Assembly: GCA_964572455.1 (NCBI GenBank)
Contig: CAZNFL010000002.1
Coordinates: forward strand, 1,423 to 65,422
Length of the DNA stretch: 64,000 nucleotides
Direction: 5' to 3'
From: an uncultured Anaerolineaceae bacterium
Lineage (GTDB): Bacteria > Chloroflexota > Anaerolineae > Anaerolineales > UBA11579
Made by a program: the position numbers and the translations under genes. Below, one piece after another: positions 56,317 to 64,000 of this stretch; position 1 is the first letter of the stretch; the number at the start of each line of letters is the position of its first letter. Under the pieces are notes generated by a model that was not told the origin of the DNA, searched no databases, and saw nothing but the letters and a program-made list of their open reading frames with translations.

Positions 56317-57408
56317 ATGACCGAAAACTTTTATGCAGTCATTTTGGCCGGAGGGGGCGGTACCCGTTTGTGGCCGCTTTCCCGCCAGGCGCGCCCCAAG
56401 CAGATGCTGCAATTGATCGACGACCACACCCTGTTCCAGATGGCAGTGCGCCGCCTGGAATCCTTGTTCCCCCCGGAACGCATTCTGGTAGTGACCAACG
56501 CCCAGCACAGTGTCGAGTTGAGCAAGCAGGTCCCGGAATTGCCTGAGGCCTCTTTCCTGCTGGAGCCCGTGCCGCGCGGCACGGCCGCGGCCATCGGGCT
56601 GGCCGCCGCCTTCCTGCATAGCCAGCATCCCGGCTCGCTGATGGCTGTGCTCACCGCCGATCACTACATCGGCAATCCGGCCGAATTTCACCGCACCCTG
56701 TTGGCCGCCGCGCAGCTCGCCCAGCAGGGCCACCTCGTCACCCTGGGCATCGACCCGACCTACCCGGCCACCCAATATGGCTATATCCAGAAGGGCGAAC
56801 TGTTGGGCGCGGTTGGCGGCTACCAGGCTTTTCAGGTCCAGCGCTTCAAGGAAAAACCTGAGGCCGCCGAAGCCCAGCGCATGCTGGAGAGCGGCGACTT
56901 CATCTGGAATTCCGGCATGTTCATCTGGCAGACCGACCGCATCTGGGAGGAAGTCAAACAGCATCTTCCGGATCTGTTCACCGCCCTGGACGAAATCAGC
57001 CAGGCCTGGGACAAGCCCGGCTTTGATCGTGTGCTCAACGAGCTGTGGCCGCGTATAGCCGCCCAGACCATCGACTATGGCATTATGGAGCATGCCCGCG
57101 ACGTGGCCGTCATCCCCGCCAAGGACCTGGCCTGGAACGATGTCGGCTCCTGGACTTCGCTGTTCGATGTCATGGACACGGACGGCGATGGCAATTTGAT
57201 CCTGCACGGGCAGCATTTCGGCCTGGATAGCCACGATTCTTTGGTGCACAGCAACGGCCAGGAGCGTATGATCGTTACCGTAGGTATCAAGGACCTGGTG
57301 GTGGTTGATACCGGCGACGTGCTGCTGATCTGCGCCAAAGAGCGCTCGCAGGACCTGCGCAAGATCATCGAACTGCTCAAAGAAAAAGGACTGCAACGTT
57401 TTCTATAA
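56317..57408 (+). CDS. manC: Mannose-1-phosphate guanylyltransferase
   Basis: ILAGGGGTRLWPLSR...PKQ, EP..RGTA, ADH, YGYI, FKEKP, WNSGMF, WNDVGSW. Confidence 0.88.
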   Translation: MTENFYAVILAGGGGTRLWPLSRQARPKQMLQLIDDHTLFQMAVRRLESLFPPERILVVTNAQHSVELSKQVPELPEASFLLEPVPRGTAAAIGLAAAFLHSQHPGSLMAVLTADHYIGNPAEFHRTLLAAAQLAQQGHLVTLGIDPTYPATQYGYIQKGELLGAVGGYQAFQVQRFKEKPEAAEAQRMLESGDFIWNSGMFIWQTDRIWEEVKQHLPDLFTALDEISQAWDKPGFDRVLNELWPRIAAQTIDYGIMEHARDVAVIPAKDLAWNDVGSWTSLFDVMDTDGDGNLILHGQHFGLDSHDSLVHSNGQERMIVTVGIKDLVVVDTGDVLLICAKERSQDLRKIIELLKEKGLQRFL

Positions 57409-57416
57409 CCCAACCC

Positions 57417-57523
57417 GTCACTGCGAGCCCGTTTGCTTCGCTCAGGGTAAACTCCGCAAGCGAAGTCTCTCCCGGCTGGTGGTGGAGATTGCCACGTCGG
57501 GCATTCGCCCTCCTCGCAATGAC
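57417..57523. repeat. 107-bp RPE/REP-like palindromic element
   Basis: Terminal inverted repeat gtcactgcgag...ctcgcaatgac (10/11), internal gtctc/gagat and gggc/gccc stems, and a nested cttcgctcaggg module. Confidence 0.75.
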
Positions 57524-57544
57524 AACGAAATCTGAGGTTCGCCA

Positions 57545-59872
57545 TTGGAAGCATATTGTGTAAAGTGCAAAACTAAACGTGTCATGCAAAACCCGGCGCC
57601 TGAGTTCACCAAGGCGGGCTCGCCGGGCACCCGCGGCACCTGCCCCGTGTGCGGCACCACGCTCTTCCGCATGGGCGGCACGCCAGCCCATGCCGAGCTG
57701 ACCCCGCCGCCCAAGCCCACCCCCGAAGAGCGCGCCGACGCGCGCCGCTCCGGCAAGCTGGTCATCGTCGAGTCGCCGGCCAAGGCGCGCACTGTGGGCC
57801 GCTTCCTGGGAAAGGGCTATCGCGTGGAGGCTTCCGTCGGCCACGTGCGCGACCTGCTGCGTTCCCAGCTTTCCGTGGACGTCGAGAATAATTTCGAGCC
57901 CAAGTACCGCGTGCCCAACGAAAAGCGCCCGGTGGTCAAAGAGCTCAAGAAAGAGGCCGCCCGCGCCGAACAGATCTATCTGGCCACCGACCCCGACCGC
58001 GAGGGCGAGGCCATCGCCTGGCATCTCATCGAGGCCGCCGAGATCGACCCGGCCCGCGCCCAGCGCGTCGTCTTCCACGAGATCACCAAGCCGGCCATCG
58101 AAGAGGCCTTCAACCATCCGCGCGCTATCAACATGGACCTGGTCGACGCGCAGCAAGCCCGCCGTGTGCTCGATCGTCTGGTGGGCTACAGCCTCAGCCC
58201 CATCTTGTGGGCAAAGGTGCGCAATCGCCTTTCCGCCGGCCGCGTCCAATCCGTGGCGCTGCGCCTGATCGTCGAGCGCGAGCGCGAGATCGAGGCCTTC
58301 GTCCCCGTCGAGTATTGGTCCATCGAGGCCGAGTTCCAACCGGAAGGCAGCCAGTCCACCTTCATTGCCAAATTGGCGGAGGTGGACGGTGCCGAGCCCG
58401 TGCTCGGCAAGAAAAACGCGGTCGACCCCTTGCTGGCGGATATGCAAAATGCCGCCTACGCCATCAACGAGATCAAGCGCGGCCAGCGCCGCCGCAAGGC
58501 CCAGGCGCCCTTCACCACCAGCACCCTGCAGCAAGAAGCCAGCCGCAAGCTGAGCTACACCGCCAAGAAAACCATGGCCATCGCCCAGCAGCTCTACGAA
58601 GGTATCGACCTCGGTGAGGGCGAGAGCACCGGCCTGATCACCTACATGCGCACCGATTCCACCAACGTCTCGCCGCTGGCGCAGCAGGAAGCCCGCGATT
58701 ACATCAAAGAGGTGCACGGCGCCTCCTACCTGCCTGACGAAGCGCCGGTCTACAAGACCCGCGCCAAGGGCGCCCAGGAAGCCCACGAAGCCATTCGCCC
58801 CACGTCCGCCCTGCGCACCCCGGCCCAGATCAAAGACCAGCTCAGCCGCGATCAATTCCGCCTCTACCAGCTCATCTGGCAGCGTTTCGTCGCCTCGCAA
58901 ATGAACCCGGCGGTCTACGATACGGTTTCCGTGCGCATCCAGGGCGCCGGCGCCGCCCACCAGTATTTGCTGCGCGCCTCCGGCTCCAACCTGGTCTTCC
59001 CCGGCTACCTGGCGGTCTACGAAGAGACCAAGTCCTCCGAAGATACGGAAGAGGAAAACACCAACATCCCGCCCGACCTGGCCGAGGGCCAGGTGCAAAA
59101 GCTGCTCCAGTTGCTGCCCGCCCAGCATTTCACCCAGCCGCCGCCGCGCTTCAGCGAGGCTACGCTGGTCAAGACCCTTGAAGAATACGGCATCGGCCGT
59201 CCCTCCACTTATGCGCCCACGCTCAACACGCTCCAGCAGCGCGGCTACATTGTGCGCGAAGAGCGCCGCCTGATCCCCACCGAGACCGGCCTGCTGGTCA
59301 ACGACCTGATCACCGAACATTTCCCCGCCATCGTGGATTACCAATTCACCGCCGAGATGGAAGAGGAGCTGGACAAGATCGCCTCCGGCGACTTGGGCTG
59401 GGTCAGCGTGATCCGCGAATTCTATGGACCGTTCTCCGAGGTGGTCGAGCGCGCCAAGGCCGAGATGCCCGAATCCAAGGCCGAGCCCGAATACGTGGGC
59501 CGCACCTGCCCCACCTGCAACCAGGGCCAGCTCATCATCCGCTGGGGCCGCTATGGCAAGTTCATTGGCTGCGAGCGCTTCCCCGATTGCCGCCACACCG
59601 AGCCCTGGCTGCAAAAGATCGGCGTCATCTGCCCGCTGGATAGCGGCGAGCTGGTGGAGCGCCGCACCCGTAAAGGCCGCACTTTCTTCGGCTGCGCCAA
59701 TTACCCGGCCTGCGAATTCACCTCCTGGAAGCGGCCGCTGCCGGCGCCGTGCCCCAATTGCGGCGGCACCCTGGTGATCGCTAATAAATTAAACGCCTCC
59801 TGCCTGAAATGCGAGACCGTCTTCCCGCTGGATGAAGTGCAGAAGGAAGAGCCAAGCGCAGTAGAAGGTTGA
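57545..59872 (+). CDS. topA: DNA topoisomerase I with N-terminal DUF5679-like zinc ribbon
   Basis: YCVKCK...GTCPVCG leader; IVESPAKA, ATDPDREGEAI, SAGRVQS, ITYMRTD, GIGRPSTY, C-terminal zinc ribbons. Confidence 0.96.
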   Translation: MEAYCVKCKTKRVMQNPAPEFTKAGSPGTRGTCPVCGTTLFRMGGTPAHAELTPPPKPTPEERADARRSGKLVIVESPAKARTVGRFLGKGYRVEASVGHVRDLLRSQLSVDVENNFEPKYRVPNEKRPVVKELKKEAARAEQIYLATDPDREGEAIAWHLIEAAEIDPARAQRVVFHEITKPAIEEAFNHPRAINMDLVDAQQARRVLDRLVGYSLSPILWAKVRNRLSAGRVQSVALRLIVEREREIEAFVPVEYWSIEAEFQPEGSQSTFIAKLAEVDGAEPVLGKKNAVDPLLADMQNAAYAINEIKRGQRRRKAQAPFTTSTLQQEASRKLSYTAKKTMAIAQQLYEGIDLGEGESTGLITYMRTDSTNVSPLAQQEARDYIKEVHGASYLPDEAPVYKTRAKGAQEAHEAIRPTSALRTPAQIKDQLSRDQFRLYQLIWQRFVASQMNPAVYDTVSVRIQGAGAAHQYLLRASGSNLVFPGYLAVYEETKSSEDTEEENTNIPPDLAEGQVQKLLQLLPAQHFTQPPPRFSEATLVKTLEEYGIGRPSTYAPTLNTLQQRGYIVREERRLIPTETGLLVNDLITEHFPAIVDYQFTAEMEEELDKIASGDLGWVSVIREFYGPFSEVVERAKAEMPESKAEPEYVGRTCPTCNQGQLIIRWGRYGKFIGCERFPDCRHTEPWLQKIGVICPLDSGELVERRTRKGRTFFGCANYPACEFTSWKRPLPAPCPNCGGTLVIANKLNASCLKCETVFPLDEVQKEEPSAVEG

Positions 59873-60078
59873 AAATAGACAAATAAGCAATTGATATAAG
59901 GGCGACGCATGCTGAGCTGGAATCAAAACGTCTGGCAGCTTTTTCGTTCACCCTGAGTTTATTAGACTAGGGTCGTGAAACCGAGCAGTTCCCTGTCGCC
60001 AATACCGAGCCGCTTCAGGATCGCCGGGCTTGAAGTCGGCCTCGCTGTGATCGAGGGGCAGCTGAGTTCGGTGAGCCG

Positions 60079-61104
60079 CTATACCGCGAGGGCCACCATC
60101 TTCAGGGGCGGCTTGCCGTCTGGGCTGGGGAAATCGGCTTCCGGCAATATCCACTCGAAATCGCGGATCGGCCGTCCCGCCTTGCGGGCGCTGCGTTGGA
60201 GCTGGTCCAGCCAGGCGTCGCGATCAACTTCCGCCACGTTGTTGCAGCAAAATAGGGTGCCGCCCTCGGCGGTGCACAGCAGAGCAGGCTTGAAGAGGGC
60301 GGGATAGTCATTGATCAGGTCCACGACGCCGAAGGGGCTCTTGGCGTAGCGCGGTGGATCGAGGAAGACGAGGTCGAACTGCTGGGGTTCCAGCTTGGGA
60401 AATACGGGCATGCGCTTGCCACGCACCTGCTCCGGCTGGCCAATGCCGGAGAGCTGGCGTAGGGCGGCGAAGGCGTCGCTCTTGATGAAGCGCGGCCGGA
60501 TAGGCAGGTCGTTCAGGCGGGCGTTGGCGCGGCCGACGGCGAGGCTGCTCTCGGCGAAATCCACGTTCACCACCAAGCGCGCCCCGGCTTTGGCGGCCGC
60601 GATGCCGACGCCGCAGGTGTAGGCAAACAGGTTTAGCAGGGATCTTCCAGGCGCGTCGCGCATCACGCGGCGGCGGCCGGCCCGCAGATCCAGGAACAGC
60701 CAGGGGTCCTGGCCTTCGTGGCGGGCCTGGATGAGGTAGGTGACGCCGAGTTCGTGCACCTCCCGGGGCAGCCGGGCGGCCTCCATCTGCTCGGGCGCCA
60801 ACTCGTTGGCTATTCGCGAGTTGCCGTGGCTGCGATCGTTGTAGATCGGGGTTAGGTCCGGCAGCGCCTTGGCGTAGAAGTTCTGCAGGGCGGCGAGATC
60901 TTCGGTCGCGAGGAACTGGTGGAAGCTCTGCACCAGCATCAGGTCGCCGTAGCGGTCGACGGTCAGCCCCGGCCGGCCTTCGACGGTGCCGTGGAACAGT
61001 CGATAGGCGTCCGTTCCCTCAGCATGGAGACGACCAAGCAAGTCGGTGCGGACCTCGAGGGCGGCGGCCAGCAGGTCGGTCAGGGTTTCACGTATGGGGA
61101 TCAA
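60079..61104 (-). CDS. Class I SAM-dependent rRNA methyltransferase (RlmI/RlmK-like)
   Basis: YRLFHG..EG..GLTVDRYG, LFLDLR, LNLFAYTCG, VFLDPP. Start estimated at TTG 61104; the track's 61311 start is probably too long. Confidence 0.82.
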   Translation of the reverse strand: MIPIRETLTDLLAAALEVRTDLLGRLHAEGTDAYRLFHGTVEGRPGLTVDRYGDLMLVQSFHQFLATEDLAALQNFYAKALPDLTPIYNDRSHGNSRIANELAPEQMEAARLPREVHELGVTYLIQARHEGQDPWLFLDLRAGRRRVMRDAPGRSLLNLFAYTCGVGIAAAKAGARLVVNVDFAESSLAVGRANARLNDLPIRPRFIKSDAFAALRQLSGIGQPEQVRGKRMPVFPKLEPQQFDLVFLDPPRYAKSPFGVVDLINDYPALFKPALLCTAEGGTLFCCNNVAEVDRDAWLDQLQRSARKAGRPIRDFEWILPEADFPSPDGKPPLKMVALAV

Positions 61105-61551
61105 GGAGTCGAGGGCGGCAAGATGCTTGAATTGTAATCGTCCAGCACCCTGTATTTCCGGTTGGCCGCCGTTTGGCTGGATTGGTTGCGAATGCGCCAT
61201 TAACGGTAGTGGCAGCCGCCGAGGCCCGGCAGCGGGAAGCGAGGCAGCGGGACGGAGCCGTTTCGATGAGCTGAGCGAAGAGGCGTTGCGGATCGGACAT
61301 GGAACCCCCAAAAAAGCGGTGAAAGTTTAAAGTTGCAGGTTGAACGTTAACAGAGAGCGAGGGGTTTTTGGGGAAAATAGGAGGGTTGTCAAGGTATTGA
61401 AGGTCGGGTCATTTAGCGTAAAATAAACTATTGAGGGAAGCTTATTCCAAACTTATTTGAGTGTGAAGAAGTTCAATCGCTAAGATCTAAATATCGGGGG
61501 AAAAGACGATATGAGCTACCTGAAATCCTAGCAATAGACACGTTAGAGGAT

Positions 61552-62523
61552 TTGAGGTCCGAGCGAGAAGCGCTGGAAAGTATCGCATCTAGGGTGCCTA
61601 AGTCGAAACTCGCCTCTGTGAGAGGTCGATTATTCAGCGACAAACATGATCAATTCCTGGGTGCCTGGTTTGAGCTCCAACTTTTTGGTTGGTTGGAAAA
61701 TATAGGCAAAGCTGAGTTTGAACCTGAGGTGAAAGGAAATTTCCCAGATGCTACATTAGAAACACAAGGTGGCTTACTTGTGTTTGAGGCTCATGTGGTT
61801 TCAAACAGCCCGGAAACAATTAAGAGGGAAAAGCTACTAAGCCAGATCTTCTTTTTACTTCGGCAAATAAATAAACCTTACCTGATTGTCATAAAGGGTA
61901 ACACTTTGAAAACGATCTCAGATGAAGACGAGCTCATCGGTTCAATATCCGATTGGCTGGAATTGGGAGGCGACCCCGTATTCGATTACGGTGATAACAA
62001 AGTCGGACACCTAGTATTAGAGGCAAAAAAGATGCCCGGTTTTAGTAATGTCGAGATCTTAAGTTCTTCTGAGTTTAGTTTTGTTAATCCCAAAATATTT
62101 AGGAGACCTCTGAAACAAAAATCAAAACAACATAAAATGCTAAGAAAGCAAGGGTTTCCTTACATCATAGCTTTATTCATCGAACCGTTCCTTTTTTCCG
62201 CAGAAGAGGTAGTGGAAGCTTGGTTGGGTAAGCATGAGGTAATTATTGATACAAGCGGAAAGGAATTTAAGATCTTAGAAGAACGCGTTGATTTAAGTGG
62301 GCTCCATTTTTTCGGTAAGAAAGTACTCCATACAACAGTTAGTGGGACGCTTGTATTTAAAAGGAAATGGGAGCACGGAAAGTTTGGCTTGGAATCTTTT
62401 TGGATTGAAAATCCTGTAGCCAAGGTGAAAGTTAATCCTAGTATTTTTCCTACAAAGTCAAATTGGATGGTTACAAAGATAACCAAAACTGGGGTTGAAA
62501 TGGCTTGGTTGAAGAATAACTAA
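61552..62523 (+). CDS. AT-rich hypothetical protein with a PD-(D/E)xK-like motif
   Basis: 323-aa ORF; FEL...FEP....FPDATL......FEAH; the frame is open upstream to about 61435. Confidence 0.65.
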   Translation: MRSEREALESIASRVPKSKLASVRGRLFSDKHDQFLGAWFELQLFGWLENIGKAEFEPEVKGNFPDATLETQGGLLVFEAHVVSNSPETIKREKLLSQIFFLLRQINKPYLIVIKGNTLKTISDEDELIGSISDWLELGGDPVFDYGDNKVGHLVLEAKKMPGFSNVEILSSSEFSFVNPKIFRRPLKQKSKQHKMLRKQGFPYIIALFIEPFLFSAEEVVEAWLGKHEVIIDTSGKEFKILEERVDLSGLHFFGKKVLHTTVSGTLVFKRKWEHGKFGLESFWIENPVAKVKVNPSIFPTKSNWMVTKITKTGVEMAWLKNN

Positions 62524-62587
62524 AAGTCACGTTTAGTTTAAAAGCCCGCCACTTGGGTTGGAGCTGAGGTCGCCGCCCGTGCCATTA

Positions 62588-63394
62588 CTACTTCCTTCTC
62601 GCCACCACCCAGGTATAGGCGCCTTGCTCGTCCGCCCCGCCCTGGGCGTGCTTGTGCACCAGGCGCTCGGTCAGAGCCAGGTTCCAGCGGGCCGGCGCCA
62701 GGATCCAGCGGCCGGTAAGCGCCCGCGCAACCAAACTAGGCAGCCCCCAATAATGGCCCCACTCCAGGGCGTGCACCGCCGCCGATGGGAAATAATGCCA
62801 ATAGCGCTCCAGGCTGAAGCCTGCCAGCCCCAGCCTCGCCTGCCATTCTTCGGGGGAGAGCATGTTGATATGCCGCGAAATGCGCGTAAAAAAGCGCGTG
62901 TAAGCCTTCGCCAGCCCGCGCAAACCCACGAGGTTCAGAAATGTGCTCACCGACAACGACGCCTGCCAGCGATGGTTCGGCACGCAGAACAGGAACAGCC
63001 CGCCCTGCTTCACCACCCGGGCGGTTTCGTTCAAGACAGCTTGCAGGTCGGGAATATGCTCCAGCACCGAATTGCTGAACGCCGACGCGAAATACGCATC
63101 CGCGAACGGCAGCCGGGCGCCGAGAGATTGCAGCAGCAAGCGATAGGCGCCATAGGTCTTCGCCTCGCGCAGCGAGGCCAGCGTCGGGTCGATGCCCACG
63201 TCGACGGGCTTATCGAACACCAGGCTGGCGAAATGCCCGTCGCCGCAGCCCAGGTCCAGGGCAGGCGCGGCCAATTCGAACTCACCGTAAAAATCGGCTT
63301 CCACCGCCCGCAGCAGGGCGCGGAAATAGGGCAGGCTGAGCAGCATCGGCCAGAGATAAGGGTTCTCCGATTTCTTTTGATCCCTATTTATCAT
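62588..63394 (-). CDS. Class I SAM-dependent methyltransferase
   Basis: LDLGCGDG, LPFAD, SNSVLEHIPD, RVVKQGG. Confidence 0.88.
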   Translation of the reverse strand: MINRDQKKSENPYLWPMLLSLPYFRALLRAVEADFYGEFELAAPALDLGCGDGHFASLVFDKPVDVGIDPTLASLREAKTYGAYRLLLQSLGARLPFADAYFASAFSNSVLEHIPDLQAVLNETARVVKQGGLFLFCVPNHRWQASLSVSTFLNLVGLRGLAKAYTRFFTRISRHINMLSPEEWQARLGLAGFSLERYWHYFPSAAVHALEWGHYWGLPSLVARALTGRWILAPARWNLALTERLVHKHAQGGADEQGAYTWVVARRK

Positions 63395-63410
63395 CTAGCT
63401 CGAACTCTCT

Positions 63411-63447
63411 GGAGAAGCGTTACTCGGCAAAGCCGAGTAGCTTCTCC
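63411..63447. other. Strong intergenic hairpin
   Basis: ggagaagc-gt-tactcggc-aaa-gccgagta-gcttctcc; a short 8-mer repeat ctcccNNg x3 follows at 63471-63498. Confidence 0.5.
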
Positions 63448-63517
63448 AACGCGTTGCGCAGCAACGCAAACTCCCTTGCTCCCTAGCTCCCCTGCTCCGT
63501 TGCTTTGCACTCGCCAT

Positions 63518-64000
63518 CTATCGCTTCAGTTCTTCCGCGATATCGTCGAACAGCGCCTCATGCCGCGCCGCGCAGGTATCCGGGCTGAATTCGGCCCGCA
63601 GCTTGCCGGGCTCGCCGCGATATTTCTCTGGGTGCCCCAGCACCTCCAGCATGTTGTTGGCAAGCATTGCCACATCCCCTACGGGGGTCACCTTGCCCAT
63701 GCCGGTCATGCGGGCAGGCTGGCGCACCCCGGGCAGGTCGGAGGCGATCACCGGCTTGCCGTTCATCATGGATTCGATTTGCACGAAGCCGAAGGTCTCG
63801 GTGGAGTTGGTGCTGGGTACCACCAGCAGGTCAATGTTGGGATAGAAAGCCGCCATCTCTTGCATACTCAGCGTGCCCAGAAAGGTCCATTGGCCGGCCT
63901 GCTGATAGGCCGCGATGCGCGGCCACAGCGCAGCCAGATATTTCTCTTCTCCCAGCACATCCTTGTATTGCCCGGCGAACCACACCAGGGCCTGCGGATG
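63518..64000 (-). CDS. Glycosyltransferase family 4 (C-terminal part; 5' end outside window)
   Basis: LVVPS...ETFGFVQIESM..GKPVIASDLPGV. Confidence 0.88.
   Translation of the reverse strand, partial: HPQALVWFAGQYKDVLGEEKYLAALWPRIAAYQQAGQWTFLGTLSMQEMAAFYPNIDLLVVPSTNSTETFGFVQIESMMNGKPVIASDLPGVRQPARMTGMGKVTPVGDVAMLANNMLEVLGHPEKYRGEPGKLRAEFSPDTCAARHEALFDDIAEELKR

Noticed and set aside
56302-57396. 364-aa minus-strand ORF
   Set aside because: Antisense shadow of the mannose-1-phosphate guanylyltransferase gene.
57377-59614. 745-aa minus-strand ORF
   Set aside because: Antisense shadow of GC-rich topA with no recognisable motifs.
61196-61300. Second attC-like site (TAACGGTAGTGGCAGCCGCCG...)
   Set aside because: Only a left-arm-like start; no complementary arm or GTT box was found.
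61320-61352. Degenerate 7-8-mer tandem repeats (also near 24946-24980 and 63471-63498)
   Set aside because: Too short and degenerate to assign a function; likely ordinary intergenic microsatellites.

Overview
Bacterial chromosomal window, most likely Chloroflexota/Anaerolineae. This is inferred from a CpXC protein, TopA with an N-terminal DUF5679-like zinc ribbon, multi-GAF HD-GYP and MalT/BTAD regulators, and many apparently leaderless genes. The backbone is high-GC housekeeping: mrfA/mrfB-like repair genes, uppP, tgt, lat, recJ, yvcK-pgk-tpiA, upp, ruvB-queA, pdp, degV, rpsP-khpA-rimM, dprA, manC-like and topA. Several AT-rich inserts interrupt it: (i) a DUF2779 + type III R-M island with an IS1595-like remnant, between mrfA and mrfB; (ii) an attC-bearing cupin cassette inside a different cupin gene; (iii) a DUF4365 gene flanked by a synonymously recoded duplication of a host gene 3' end; (iv) a small enzyme cluster; (v) an orphan nuclease-like gene. 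The strongest candidate for an undescribed system is 42565-50515 (minus strand). A MalT-like STAND/TPR/BTAD regulator is followed by a threefold tandem array of [tiny Gly-rich peptide ORF with 1-3 copies of GTGVQFEGPMGGGI + 71-aa NHLP/Nif11-clan-like protein], then a 5-GAF HD-GYP phosphodiesterase. The peptide ORFs are absent from the supplied ORF track. I saw no rRNA, tRNA or CRISPR array. All family calls come from motif recognition, not database searches.
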